From: a virus
DNA: 64,000 nt
Virus record (IMG/VR): IMGVR_UViG_3300034152_000556
Location: 1-64,000 of that record
Reading direction: 5' to 3' (one strand)
Shown here: piece after piece, positions 27,701 through 38,126 of the stretch
How the letters are laid out: each line of letters opens with the position of its first letter
How positions within the stretch are numbered: position 1 is the first letter of the stretch
Notes under the pieces: model-generated
What the model saw: the letters and a program-made list of their open reading frames with translations, nothing else
What the model was told of the DNA's origin: nothing
Database searches by the model: none
Position numbers and translations under genes: made by a program

Positions 27701-28809
27701 TGGATGAATTACTTTCAAAAGCAAAAATAAATGAGGCACAAGTAAAGAGAATTGTGACCAAAGCGGTTGCAGAAAATCTAAGCGCTCTGTCTGAACCATG
27801 TTTTTATCCGTCATTAAAAAAGAATTTCTACGAACTTCTCAAAGCAACAAACCTTACTGAGAAAGATGTTAGATTGTTCACAAAAAACTACTGGGTTGGA
27901 AGAAAGGAAGCTAGATTTCAACTTCATAACTCTCATGTTACGATGTTCTATATCTTTCTAATGCATTATTTTCTTGCTAAGAAACGAAATCAGGTCCTAT
28001 ACACAAATCTAATGATCTTCTTTATAATTCGTTGGTACGCAAATCTTATGCCAAAGCAACTTAAATTTTGTATACCAGAAGTCTTTAATTATGCACTTCA
28101 GATTTTAACTAAAACACACCTTTTCTCACGAGAAAAAACTATTTCTAATGCTCTCTATTTTGTAGCCAATGCGATGATTAGAATATGGACAGATGGGATT
28201 AAAAATAATGATAAAGATAAAGTCTCTAGGTTTATTCAAGATAGTCGTACTAGAGTATCTCAGAGTGTGAAGAGTTTTGTATCTACTTATATGAGAGCTT
28301 CTGCGGAGGGGTCTGGTATTCAAGCTCAGAATATACCAGATGATGAAAAACCATATGAGCTTGAGGTCCCAGCTAAAACTACAAAACTTGTTGATGAAGT
28401 TGTAAGAAAAATTACAGTTTATAAGTTTGTTGATAAGAAAGCAATAGAAGAATCTAGAAAGATTGCGCGAATTAATATTGAATTTATAAACACGCTAACT
28501 AACACGTTAACAAATGTTAAATATTCAGATAATATTAGAGTGGTTTTAAAACTATTTGTTCAAGACTTGAAGAATGTAGTGTCTTTGTGTGGAAAAGATT
28601 ATCAGAAGTATGTTCGTGATTTGATGGCAATCAAAAGAACACGAGCTAGAATTTATTTTAAACAACAAATTGATATTCTTGTTCAAAACATTCTTAAAGA
28701 TTCTAAAATGAAAAGTCGTTATGACAAACTAACATCTCAAACGAAATTCCTCGTTAATCTCTTCTTTGCGTATTATATCACTTCAGTTTTAAAAAACAGA
28801 GTTTGTTAA
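27700..28809 (+). CDS. Basic helical hypothetical protein
   Basis: 369-aa ORF coupled by TAATG to the gp6-like gene. Confidence 0.7.
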   Translation: MDELLSKAKINEAQVKRIVTKAVAENLSALSEPCFYPSLKKNFYELLKATNLTEKDVRLFTKNYWVGRKEARFQLHNSHVTMFYIFLMHYFLAKKRNQVLYTNLMIFFIIRWYANLMPKQLKFCIPEVFNYALQILTKTHLFSREKTISNALYFVANAMIRIWTDGIKNNDKDKVSRFIQDSRTRVSQSVKSFVSTYMRASAEGSGIQAQNIPDDEKPYELEVPAKTTKLVDEVVRKITVYKFVDKKAIEESRKIARINIEFINTLTNTLTNVKYSDNIRVVLKLFVQDLKNVVSLCGKDYQKYVRDLMAIKRTRARIYFKQQIDILVQNILKDSKMKSRYDKLTSQTKFLVNLFFAYYITSVLKNRVC

Positions 28810-30035
28810 CTCGGGAATCCCTTTTGTCTATTTTGTGCATCAAGGTCTGCCTGTGTTGAAGCTGTTACTGCATTGGTACGATCTCTTAAAGTTGTATCTT
28901 GAGTCGTCTGAGCTTGTCTTGCGGCGACATCATTGTTGAAAAGGCTTTCTTCTTCTAGAAAGCTTCGATCATTTAATGTAATATCAGAACCAAACCCTGC
29001 GCGACTTGCTGCATTTCTTCTCAACCATTCTCTAGTGAATACTGGTTTATTATCTCGTAATTCATCAATATATCTTCGAACAGTTGGTCGATGTGTAATT
29101 TTTGTATCGCCTTCTTCAACCATCATGCTGGTATATAGACTTCCGAAATCAATTCGTACATCAACAATAGCAAGCTTTTGATTGTAAGCAATTTGCTGTT
29201 GATCACCGCCTTTAATAACTGATATATTAGTGATAACTCCTGGGTTTAACCACCAAATGCCATTGGTTCTGACTTTGTGAAAGAAAGGCCAATTATATGT
29301 ATTACCATCAGTTGTTCTTGGTATTGCAAGACATAGAAGTACAGCCAGTGGTCCTAAAATATACTTCTCGGTTGCTTTCGGGCTTCCTGGGTTTGGGTTA
29401 TATAATCTAACTGTCAATGTATAAGATGGTGAATACCCACTGTTTCTCCACATGTTAGGGAAATCTATTCGATGACCAGCTAACATTTTATCAACAAGAA
29501 CTGCACCGCCGCCTATTATCTTTCCAAGCCCAGCTTCTTGATTTCTCAATTGATCTGCAAGACCACCTAAAGAAGTGGCTGCGCCCCCCAAACCTTTTCC
29601 AGCAGCACCTACAGCTGAACCAACTCCTCCACCAATTGCTTCACCAGCCTCAGCTAACTGTTTACCAAGTTTTCTACCAGCTTCGCTTGCTCTCTGAGAT
29701 CCTGTCATCTGAACCAGTTGTTGAACACCTTCAGAAGCAACGTCAGTTACTTTTTGAAGAAAAGATTCTCCATATTCATTAGTGAATGAGTCGGTTGGAA
29801 AATTATCAGCTATAAAAGCAATACGAAGTGGTTGTTCAATTTCAAACCCAACATTTGACAAAATTTTAGTGTATGTTTCCCAATCTGGATTAATTCGAAA
29901 AAAAGTCAATCCTCTATCAAAGTTTGGTTTGCACGGCGTAAATTCTGCAACTGGCATACTGTTAATGATCATATCATCACTAACATATGTTGAAGGGGGC
30001 AAACCAAATATACCATTAAAAGGCTCTAGTTTCAT
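28806..30035 (-). CDS. Putative baseplate/tail-tube initiator protein
   Basis: FPNMW...SYTLTVRL...VITNISV..GG...VDVRIDF pattern; follows the tape measure gene. Confidence 0.55.
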   Translation of the reverse strand: MKLEPFNGIFGLPPSTYVSDDMIINSMPVAEFTPCKPNFDRGLTFFRINPDWETYTKILSNVGFEIEQPLRIAFIADNFPTDSFTNEYGESFLQKVTDVASEGVQQLVQMTGSQRASEAGRKLGKQLAEAGEAIGGGVGSAVGAAGKGLGGAATSLGGLADQLRNQEAGLGKIIGGGAVLVDKMLAGHRIDFPNMWRNSGYSPSYTLTVRLYNPNPGSPKATEKYILGPLAVLLCLAIPRTTDGNTYNWPFFHKVRTNGIWWLNPGVITNISVIKGGDQQQIAYNQKLAIVDVRIDFGSLYTSMMVEEGDTKITHRPTVRRYIDELRDNKPVFTREWLRRNAASRAGFGSDITLNDRSFLEEESLFNNDVAARQAQTTQDTTLRDRTNAVTASTQADLDAQNRQKGFPS

Positions 30036-30049
30036 CTACTTTAATCTCC

Positions 30050-33000
30050 TTATGCCATACCATTTACCACACCAGAGGTGTAACCATCACCGGTGCCAAA
30101 ACCACCTTCGCGGCCACCTCCACCAGCACCCATACCACCAACAGTGTTTGCAAGGTTTTGGTTATAGTTTGACATAACAGCTGTATTTTGTACAATTGCA
30201 CCAACTGTCTGTTTATTTCCTTCTTCGACTGATTTCGATATTGAATCAGCTAGTGCTTGTGTGTGTTCAGCTCTTGCTTTCTCTGCATTTGCTTCAGCCA
30301 TAGATACGTTATCTCTATATTTTTCGAACTCTCCTCCTCCAGCTTTCTTTTCATTAACATATGGGTCGAAGAGATCAATACCAAAGAATGAAAGAATACC
30401 TCCGAATTTTTCTTTAATCCAAGCACGTATGTTATCCACCAAACGACCAAACATTCTAATAGGCCATGTGACAATGTTTGAAATTAAATCGGATATAACA
30501 TCATCCATATTCTCTGTTTTCTTGTCAGCCCATGTAATCCATTTATCAATTGTTTCAAATACATTTGCAAGAAGTGTGAGAGGGAAGAAAAGAATCTTCA
30601 GACCTTTCTCTACCCATTTAATCCAAGCGCCATCTCCACCAGATAAATTAATACCTAAAAGATTTGCTACAGATGATACAAGTTTGCCGATAATCTTAAA
30701 TGGAACTTTAAACAATCTCCACCAGATTTTTGCAAGAATCATAATAGGTTTTACTACAACTTTTCCGATTTTCCAAAATGTTTTACCTAGAGTTTTTACG
30801 ATTCGCCAAACCATTTTAATTGGAAATGAAATGATTTTCCAAACACCCTTTGCTACTTTTTTAATTCTCTCACCAAGCCAATCGATAGCTTTTGCTACGT
30901 TTTTACCACCAATAAATCCAAGAATACCACCAGCCAACGCACCAATACCACCACCAATTGCCATACCAATTGGGCCTCCAAATAGAGCTCCTGCTGCTGC
31001 ACCGACAAGACCACCTTTTGCAGCACCCCAAGCAGCACCTTTGAATGTTCCTTGCTCAGAAACACCAGCCAAACCACCGCCCATTACAGCAGCCGTTCTT
31101 GATGTTCCCCATTCTTTAGCTTTTCCAAAACCTCTTATGGCATCAACGGTCATCATCGCTCCGCCAGCAGCGCCAGCAGCTAGACCACCAGCCATTGCAC
31201 CCATACCAACAAGAATACCTTTTGGTCCAGCAGCCAACATTCGAAGAATTCCGCTACCAAGAAAGCCAGCTATAGGTGTTAATATTCTCCATCCGATTTT
31301 CATTATGTTTCCCAGAAACCCACCTAGAAACATAATCATTTTCCAAAATATACTTCCCATTCTTTTTAGAAGTTTTCTTGAAAAACGAGTAATCTTACCA
31401 CTCAAATCTTTTAATGAGCTGACCCATTTTTTACTACCTGATTTAATAGCCTCACCTGTTCTCTTTGATGCCTTCCATGTTTTCTTACCAATATCAACTG
31501 ACTGTTCAGCCCATTTGTTACCAATCTCTTGACCTTTCTTAATAGCATTTTGAGTTGTTTGACTTCGGGCAGCTTGTTTTACTCTTTCTTTACCTTGAGT
31601 ATATTGTTTCTGTGCAAAGTCAGCCGCTTTTCTTGTGTTTCTATTTATCTTTCCCATAATATCTGCTGACGCGATAACTTCAGCTGCATGAACAGATGCA
31701 AGACCAGCTTTTGTAACAAAACCGCCTTTTTGTGCTTTTGGTATCCCCTCTTTCATGGTACTGAATAAATCTTTGACAGATGACCAAATATCTTTAGCTC
31801 TGTCTTTCGTATCTTCCATTGCTTCTTTTGCAACTTCTTTAATAGTTTTTTCACCAGCAACAATACTTGCAGTTGTGCCTGTTATGCCTCCTTCTTTAAT
31901 TCCCCCGGGTCCTTCTCTCATCTTACCAGCTAACATTTCTCTAGAGACACCAGCTTGACCAAACTTTGGTTTCAAGAAATCGCCAATTGATGTAATTCCA
32001 ACTTGTGCCAAAGCAGCTCTGTCTAAATCAAGACTATCCACAATATTATCAAACACAGCTTCACCAGCTGATTGAATTGAACGAGTGGTCATGAATTCTT
32101 GAATTTTACCAAATAGGGTATATGTTCCTTCCTCTTTTGGTTTCGCAATCTTTTCACCTGACATATACTCTAACTGTGCATTCAATATTTCAATCATATG
32201 ATCAAATTTTGGAGACCATACACCATACATAAGCTGAAGCATATTGGCTGATTTCAAAAATACATTGCTTGTTCTTACAGCTCTTGCAGCTGCACCTCTA
32301 TAACCACCACGGATACCAAACAGAAATGTTAGAGGTGTAGAAAACACAGCTCTTGCAATTTCAGCAAATTGCATCATACCTTTGATCATTGGATGTTCAA
32401 GCAAGAATTTTTGAAATGCAATTCTAAACTGTGAAACTGTGCCCGCCATAGCTACTTTTAATTCAGATAGAGTCTTATTCATTTTGACGGCTTCTGCTTT
32501 TGAAGCCATTCTCATTTTTTTCAGTTCGCCCGTTATTGCTGTAATCATTCTGTCTGTTTCTGGTTTTCTTGCTTCAGAAAATTCTCGCAAAACCTTTTCA
32601 AGTGGCATAATAACTTCAGCAGCATGAACTTGGGCAAGACCACCTTGTTTTACATAACCACCGGCTTGCATTTTTGGAATTTCTGTTTCTTCTTCTTTCT
32701 TAGGTCTTATAATACCACCTACAGCAGAAATTCCCTTTGATAAAGAATCTTTAACGCTCTCTTTAATTCTTGAAGCAGCCCCTTTGAATACATCCGTTTC
32801 CATAAACTTAGACGCGAAATATCCAAATAGAGGTGTAGCAGTTGACAAAGCCATTGCCACTGTATTTTGCTTATTTATATTAATATCTTGACTGATGGCT
32901 TGACCGTATTGCCCCACAAGATCGGTTGATGCTTTTGCTGTATCTTTTGTGATGTTACCAATACCTGTTGCAAAACTTCCCATAGCCTTGCCAAGACTAG

Positions 33001-33265
33001 AGATAACACCGTGCATTTCCTTTACAGTTTCAGCAGATAATTCATCCGATCCACCAAGCTCTCTAGCTGTCTCTCTTTGTTTTGCCGTAGCATCCTCAAG
33101 TTGACGTTCTAGCGCCCTTGTCCTTCTTTCGGCGTCAGATTGCATTCGACTCATGGTATTGTTTAAGGAGTTTATTCGGGCAGCTCTATCACCTGTAGGG
33201 GTCTTCTTTACGGTTCTCCCTGTTGAAGGGTTTCTTGTAGGTTTTTTATCCTTTCCTTTAGCCAT
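30050..33265 (-). CDS. Tail tape measure protein
   Basis: 1071 aa, helical, Gly/Ala-rich glycine-zipper region, W/K repeats, two IPKxQxGG...VHAAEVI motifs. Confidence 0.8.
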   Translation of the reverse strand: MAKGKDKKPTRNPSTGRTVKKTPTGDRAARINSLNNTMSRMQSDAERRTRALERQLEDATAKQRETARELGGSDELSAETVKEMHGVISSLGKAMGSFATGIGNITKDTAKASTDLVGQYGQAISQDININKQNTVAMALSTATPLFGYFASKFMETDVFKGAASRIKESVKDSLSKGISAVGGIIRPKKEEETEIPKMQAGGYVKQGGLAQVHAAEVIMPLEKVLREFSEARKPETDRMITAITGELKKMRMASKAEAVKMNKTLSELKVAMAGTVSQFRIAFQKFLLEHPMIKGMMQFAEIARAVFSTPLTFLFGIRGGYRGAAARAVRTSNVFLKSANMLQLMYGVWSPKFDHMIEILNAQLEYMSGEKIAKPKEEGTYTLFGKIQEFMTTRSIQSAGEAVFDNIVDSLDLDRAALAQVGITSIGDFLKPKFGQAGVSREMLAGKMREGPGGIKEGGITGTTASIVAGEKTIKEVAKEAMEDTKDRAKDIWSSVKDLFSTMKEGIPKAQKGGFVTKAGLASVHAAEVIASADIMGKINRNTRKAADFAQKQYTQGKERVKQAARSQTTQNAIKKGQEIGNKWAEQSVDIGKKTWKASKRTGEAIKSGSKKWVSSLKDLSGKITRFSRKLLKRMGSIFWKMIMFLGGFLGNIMKIGWRILTPIAGFLGSGILRMLAAGPKGILVGMGAMAGGLAAGAAGGAMMTVDAIRGFGKAKEWGTSRTAAVMGGGLAGVSEQGTFKGAAWGAAKGGLVGAAAGALFGGPIGMAIGGGIGALAGGILGFIGGKNVAKAIDWLGERIKKVAKGVWKIISFPIKMVWRIVKTLGKTFWKIGKVVVKPIMILAKIWWRLFKVPFKIIGKLVSSVANLLGINLSGGDGAWIKWVEKGLKILFFPLTLLANVFETIDKWITWADKKTENMDDVISDLISNIVTWPIRMFGRLVDNIRAWIKEKFGGILSFFGIDLFDPYVNEKKAGGGEFEKYRDNVSMAEANAEKARAEHTQALADSISKSVEEGNKQTVGAIVQNTAVMSNYNQNLANTVGGMGAGGGGREGGFGTGDGYTSGVVNGMA

Positions 33266-33280
33266 CTATGTTTGAACTCC

Positions 33281-34174
33281 TTAGAATTGCTTTATCATCG
33301 TATAGATTTTTGGTGTTGGTTTTGTTTCTGCCATAACGCAAATCACCTCACTAGGTATAAGCAATTCTTGCACCAGCATTAAATCAGAACTGGGTTTTAA
33401 AGAAAACATTTGTTTATAAGTATTCAAAAGTGGATTATATATAGTTTGCCACATTGGTTTGTTATAGTTATAACCAAATGCCATATGATCTTTTATAAAG
33501 ATATATAGTGTGGCAATATAGTAGTTTATAATTGTATCGAACTGTTCGCTTTTAAGACTACTTAGAGGTTTTAATTGTTTCAATAAAGCTTCATATTTTT
33601 TAAGCGACGACTCTTGCCAATTGGCTTTTCTTTCAAATGTATTTATCAAGAATGATAGTATCTTGTTTATATCACCATCTTTTAGATTTTCTTTATCTAA
33701 AGCAAACAGCGTTGTCCAATAAGATTTATAAAAATTAATTAGTTCTGGTTTGAAAGTTGAGAAAAATTGATTGCCTTTTTTATGCGCAATCATGTGCATC
33801 ATCTCATGAATAACAACTCTACCCAAAACAGAATTTGACGCATACCCAAACACATTTGTATGTGAGTCAACTAATAAAAAAACTTTGTTATGAGAAGGAC
33901 TCCAAAATCCAGAAATAAAATCTTCCTCCATTGGATTAAAAACTTTTCTTTTTAAAAAGCTAACAATACCTCTATTTGAGTAGACAGGCACAATGGTTCC
34001 TTCATAAATTAAATGATATATTTTGCTAGCTATTGGCTTTGTAACTGATGTTGATGCTAAACCATTAGCAATTTTTTCATTTAAAGCAGGAGAACCGTAT
34101 AGTTTTAATCCGCTGATATTTATTGAGTATCCACCTCTTTTAAAAACAAATACTTCTTGTAAATCTGGTTGCAT
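33281..34174 (-). CDS. Zincin-like metallopeptidase (HExxH), probably virion-associated
   Basis: VVIHEMMHMIAH; located between terminase and tape measure. Confidence 0.55.
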   Translation of the reverse strand: MQPDLQEVFVFKRGGYSINISGLKLYGSPALNEKIANGLASTSVTKPIASKIYHLIYEGTIVPVYSNRGIVSFLKRKVFNPMEEDFISGFWSPSHNKVFLLVDSHTNVFGYASNSVLGRVVIHEMMHMIAHKKGNQFFSTFKPELINFYKSYWTTLFALDKENLKDGDINKILSFLINTFERKANWQESSLKKYEALLKQLKPLSSLKSEQFDTIINYYIATLYIFIKDHMAFGYNYNKPMWQTIYNPLLNTYKQMFSLKPSSDLMLVQELLIPSEVICVMAETKPTPKIYTMIKQF

Positions 34175-34185
34175 TTTGGTTCCCC

Positions 34186-35844
34186 TTATTGTGAATCATA
34201 AAGCGACATAATATCTACAAAGCCGCCCATCTCATCTAAGTTTTCTTTAACATGTTTAATGATACGTGAGTTTTCCATTTCAAAGTCTTTACCAGAATTA
34301 AGATTAATAAGATCAACCATTTCATTCATCAGCACCTCTTGTTGTGCGATGCTGATCATTAGTGGTGGATCATACTTTCTGACAAATGCACAACACGCTG
34401 TTGCTAGTGCTAGATCGTCATGACAATTTGAATCTGCTTCAACTCTACCATTTGGTTTTGTCACGAGACCAGCTAACTCTAGAGCAAGTCTCTCAGATTT
34501 AACAATCTCTGGAAACTGAGTTATGTAAGAATAAAGAGCATCAATCATCAGAGGTCTAGTTTTTGTGTTGGTTGACAAACCAGGATACATAGTTCTCTGG
34601 CCTCTTTTTTCCTGATACATAAAGTGTGAAAATTCGCTGTGCATCATTTGTTCAACTACTTGGTTACCATATGAGTTTGATTCGATAACGGCTATGCCCG
34701 GATACTGCGCTACAGCTACCTTTACAACTTTAACAAAGTCAAGAACTTTACACTTCCCTCTGTATTCCCAGACTTGTTCCATTGTTTCATAATCAAAAAT
34801 TGTGATCGCAGATTTATCCTCTCCGTGCTCTGGTGCGGTATCAACTCCTGTTATATAATATCTTTGTGGTATTGGTTCTGAAAATTTCCATATTTCGCCA
34901 TTGTACAATTTTAGTTTTTCGATTGGCTTGATCGCTGCATTCTGTACTTTTTCTATTGTATCTGATTCAAAGAATGAACCTTCCGCTGGTAAGAATTTAA
35001 GCTCAAGTTCTTGTGCAATTTTCTTTGGGTCGTTATCAAAAAGTCTACATTGAGTTTCATACCAAGCTGGGTCTTCAGCAAGTTCTTTAATTTTCTTCCA
35101 GTGAATAACAAATGGTTTAAAAATATCATCACCGGTCAGACATCTTTGATATCTATTAAAGTACCACTGACCAATACCAACAGTTTTGTTTGGCGTTGAT
35201 AGAATTACAGTACCATATGGAACACCAGCTTTTCTTGCTTGCATTTGGTTTGTTGAAAGAGTCGGGACCATAGCTGTCCACGCTTCATCAATCTTATCAA
35301 CAAAGGCTGCTTCGTCGATTACCAACAATGTTACAGCTTTACCACGAAGTGTGTTTTCTGGTCTGTTTGGGTTTACTGGTTCTGCGTAAACTTTAGCACC
35401 ATTTGTTAGAATAAATGATTGTTCTGTTCTTTTTGCAAATCCCCGGCCCAACAAACCTCTCGGTGGCTTCATCCAATCTGGCAGCTTCTCAATCATACCA
35501 CGAATGGTTCTAGCAAAGTGTGTAGCTTCTTTACCATTCTTTGATATAATACCTACAACAACATTTGGATAGAATGTTGCCAGCCAAGCAGCGTAAGCCT
35601 GAATGATTGTTGAAATACCAATCTGGCGGCTTTTCAATACCAGAATAAATTTATGTTTTTCTACAGCTCTGACAAGCTGTGTTTGTTTTTGATATGGTGT
35701 AAGTGGTAGATCGCCGCCGGGGGCTTCGATCTTTATATAATTCAAACAGAAATATTCAAAATCGGTTTTACACAGGAGATACTCATTAACAAATTCATCG
35801 GCTTGTGACTTTAACTTAATTGCTGCAACATTGTACTTAGCCAT
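34186..35844 (-). CDS. terL: Terminase large subunit
   Basis: LKSRQIGIST (Walker A), LLVIDEAAF (Walker B), STPN, GVDTA, IESNSYG, HDDLALA. Confidence 0.93.
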   Translation of the reverse strand: MAKYNVAAIKLKSQADEFVNEYLLCKTDFEYFCLNYIKIEAPGGDLPLTPYQKQTQLVRAVEKHKFILVLKSRQIGISTIIQAYAAWLATFYPNVVVGIISKNGKEATHFARTIRGMIEKLPDWMKPPRGLLGRGFAKRTEQSFILTNGAKVYAEPVNPNRPENTLRGKAVTLLVIDEAAFVDKIDEAWTAMVPTLSTNQMQARKAGVPYGTVILSTPNKTVGIGQWYFNRYQRCLTGDDIFKPFVIHWKKIKELAEDPAWYETQCRLFDNDPKKIAQELELKFLPAEGSFFESDTIEKVQNAAIKPIEKLKLYNGEIWKFSEPIPQRYYITGVDTAPEHGEDKSAITIFDYETMEQVWEYRGKCKVLDFVKVVKVAVAQYPGIAVIESNSYGNQVVEQMMHSEFSHFMYQEKRGQRTMYPGLSTNTKTRPLMIDALYSYITQFPEIVKSERLALELAGLVTKPNGRVEADSNCHDDLALATACCAFVRKYDPPLMISIAQQEVLMNEMVDLINLNSGKDFEMENSRIIKHVKENLDEMGGFVDIMSLYDSQ

Positions 35845-35856
35845 CTATTATCCCCT

Positions 35857-35871
35857 TTTATTTTTGTTCTC
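35857..35871 (-). promoter_or_regulatory. Putative phage late promoter (GAGAACAAAAATAAA) for the terminase operon
   Basis: Reverse complement of the recurring motif upstream of ATG 35844. Confidence 0.6.
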
Positions 35872-37132
35872 AACTTTTCTTGTTGGTCCTCATTAGGTTC
35901 AATGTTGCTACTGAAGACCAATCGCCCTTGCGTTCAAAAACCAAAGCTGAGCTATACAAAATGTATTTACCTTCAAAATCAGAGTATTCAACAGTTTGTG
36001 GTTTAAATTTAACTGCCTCCCCAACATTCAATAGATTTAAAATGGGTAAGCTGCGCTCAACCCTAAAGCTAATAGTGGACATATCAGACATAACTCTACC
36101 AAACCTTGAATTAAATAATGTCCTTGATGTATTATATCCAGTATCTCCCATAAAGTATGATTCTTTTGTGATTCCCGAATCATGTGATAAGTTGCTGTTT
36201 TTATAGACAAGTGAGTAATTTTGCGCAACCTCAATTAAATTTTGTTGAAGAATCCCAGCTAAAGAATCGTTTGGTTTTACAATATGATTAAGCGTTGTAC
36301 CAAGATTTGCCAATCTTGAATTTGCTGAGTAATCACTTTTTATTTTATCGTAGGTATAAAAGTTCTTTCCGTCTACACTCTTCTCCATAATCTCTTCATT
36401 ATTTTCACCGCCTTCTGTGGCTAGCTGATATACTGTAAATGTTTGATTTTTCTGAAGCTTTCTTGTGAGATTCTTTATATAAACCTTATTGTCATATTGA
36501 CAAAAAACACCTGGAACACCTTCGAACAATCCAAATCGTTGATCTAAAAATCCATCAAAAACATTTGACGCTGTTCTCATGTGTTCTTTAATTGCTCTAT
36601 AAAGTGTTATTGGAGGCACACAGACTTGATCAATTGTTTCCGTATTCCGCCCTTCTGAGTCATAATTAATTGTAGTGCCTGCTTGCGATGCCAGATCGCT
36701 GATTATTGTATCAAGTGTTTGACCAATGTAAACGCCATTAACAATGGTCATCATTGTATTATACGCTGGTCGAACAACAGTTGTAATAGTAAAGGGAACT
36801 CTGTCTTTCTGAGTACTTTTGGAGAGAGTCGATTTTTCTGTTATCGGTAGATCGGATTTCAAATAAACAAGCTCCATTTCAATACCATCGCTCGGTACGT
36901 TATCTTGTGATAATCGATTGATCGTCAGCTTAATAGGTTCATTGCCAAATACATCTTCGAGAACAACATCGTTTGGATCAATCAACATCGTAATAGTAAC
37001 TACTTGATAAGCTGTAGTTAGCGACGAGAAAACGGATACCCTTGTTACGTCTTGTGTATATTCTAAGTCTTTGATTTTCACGATTAACTCATAAGTTCGT
37101 GACTGTCGAAAATAAACCTCTCTTTCTGGCAT
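35870..37132 (-). CDS. Putative baseplate hub protein (gp27-like)
   Basis: 420 aa; C-terminal LNVGEAVKF...GKYILYSS...SVATLNL pattern. Confidence 0.55.
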   Translation of the reverse strand: MPEREVYFRQSRTYELIVKIKDLEYTQDVTRVSVFSSLTTAYQVVTITMLIDPNDVVLEDVFGNEPIKLTINRLSQDNVPSDGIEMELVYLKSDLPITEKSTLSKSTQKDRVPFTITTVVRPAYNTMMTIVNGVYIGQTLDTIISDLASQAGTTINYDSEGRNTETIDQVCVPPITLYRAIKEHMRTASNVFDGFLDQRFGLFEGVPGVFCQYDNKVYIKNLTRKLQKNQTFTVYQLATEGGENNEEIMEKSVDGKNFYTYDKIKSDYSANSRLANLGTTLNHIVKPNDSLAGILQQNLIEVAQNYSLVYKNSNLSHDSGITKESYFMGDTGYNTSRTLFNSRFGRVMSDMSTISFRVERSLPILNLLNVGEAVKFKPQTVEYSDFEGKYILYSSALVFERKGDWSSVATLNLMRTNKKS

Positions 37133-37148
37133 CGCATAATCCTCCTAC

Positions 37149-37163
37149 TATATATTTGTTCTC
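37149..37163 (-). promoter_or_regulatory. Putative phage late promoter (GAGAACAAATATATA)
   Basis: Directly downstream of a terminator and upstream of SD AGGAGG and ATG 37132. Confidence 0.65.
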
Positions 37164-37172
37164 AGTTTTTGG

Positions 37173-37208
37173 AAAAAAATAAAGGGGTGTTGGGCGACAC
37201 CCCTTTAT
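37173..37208 (-). terminator. Intrinsic terminator ending the long leftward early/middle region
   Basis: ATAAAGGGGTGT-tgggcg-ACACCCCTTTAT with a T-run on the minus strand. Confidence 0.85.
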
Positions 37209-37214
37209 AAGGCT

Positions 37215-38126
37215 CTAGTATTCCCCACGTTGAAGCTTGGCTAAAGCTTCACGCATTTGCATAGGAACCACTAGAACGCTCTCAGCGGCACTTTCGAGGA
37301 GGCGTTTTGCATTGAGATTTCCTTCCAAGCTACTGAACTTAACAATTGCTAAGAACATATGCCATGCTGAAGGGAGCCGCTGACCTTCTGGTGTGATCTG
37401 TTCAATGATCTCTGAGATGGCTGCTCTCTTTCTTTTACCAAATGTTTCTATCAGGTCGAGAACACCAAGCAATTGATCTTCTGTAAACGTAGTTGCAAAG
37501 CTCTGTTTGATTACATCTGATATGCTTTCTTTAAAGATACGAGTATATTCACCAATTTCTGATGCTACAGTAGTTGTTGCACCAGCAACATGAATTTGTC
37601 GAATTTGACCCATATCAAAAGCAAACAGAAACTCATGTTTATCTGAGGTTATACCAAATTGCATACCCTGTGCCCACGTTCCGTTATAGCTGTTTCTTAC
37701 CATAATTATAGGTAGAATATCGCCAGCTTCAGTATCTACAGGATTGCTCAATACGATTTCATTTCGCATTTGTGTTAGTTGCTCTGATACCAGAATGTTC
37801 TCACGTACTACTGGCATGTTCGTTTCTTCGATTGATGCCCGAATCAGATCGTTGAGAACTTCATTGCCAATGAAGCGATATATACGGGAAACGATGCCTT
37901 GATAATTCCATTGTTCTTCATCTGGTAATTTTGTGAATACACCAACATAACCCGATGGAAATCCGTCTGTTGGATGTGGTTTGTGAACCGGCTCTTCTGG
38001 GTGTTGCGGTATTGTGATAAGGTCTCGATACAGAACTTCAGATAGTTTATCTTTGTAGTGATAGAGTCCTTTGTCAACATTTACACTTAACCCCATTTGA
38101 GCAGCTCTGGATGCAAATGTAATCAT
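37215..38126 (-). CDS. DUF932-like protein
   Basis: GIVSRIYRFIGNE...IMVRNSYNG pattern; start ATG overlaps upstream TAA. Confidence 0.55.
   Translation of the reverse strand: MITFASRAAQMGLSVNVDKGLYHYKDKLSEVLYRDLITIPQHPEEPVHKPHPTDGFPSGYVGVFTKLPDEEQWNYQGIVSRIYRFIGNEVLNDLIRASIEETNMPVVRENILVSEQLTQMRNEIVLSNPVDTEAGDILPIIMVRNSYNGTWAQGMQFGITSDKHEFLFAFDMGQIRQIHVAGATTTVASEIGEYTRIFKESISDVIKQSFATTFTEDQLLGVLDLIETFGKRKRAAISEIIEQITPEGQRLPSAWHMFLAIVKFSSLEGNLNAKRLLESAAESVLVVPMQMREALAKLQRGEY

Noticed and set aside
30261-31532. 423-aa plus-strand ORF
   Set aside because: Antisense shadow of the Gly/Ala-rich tape measure gene; no SD or recognisable motifs.
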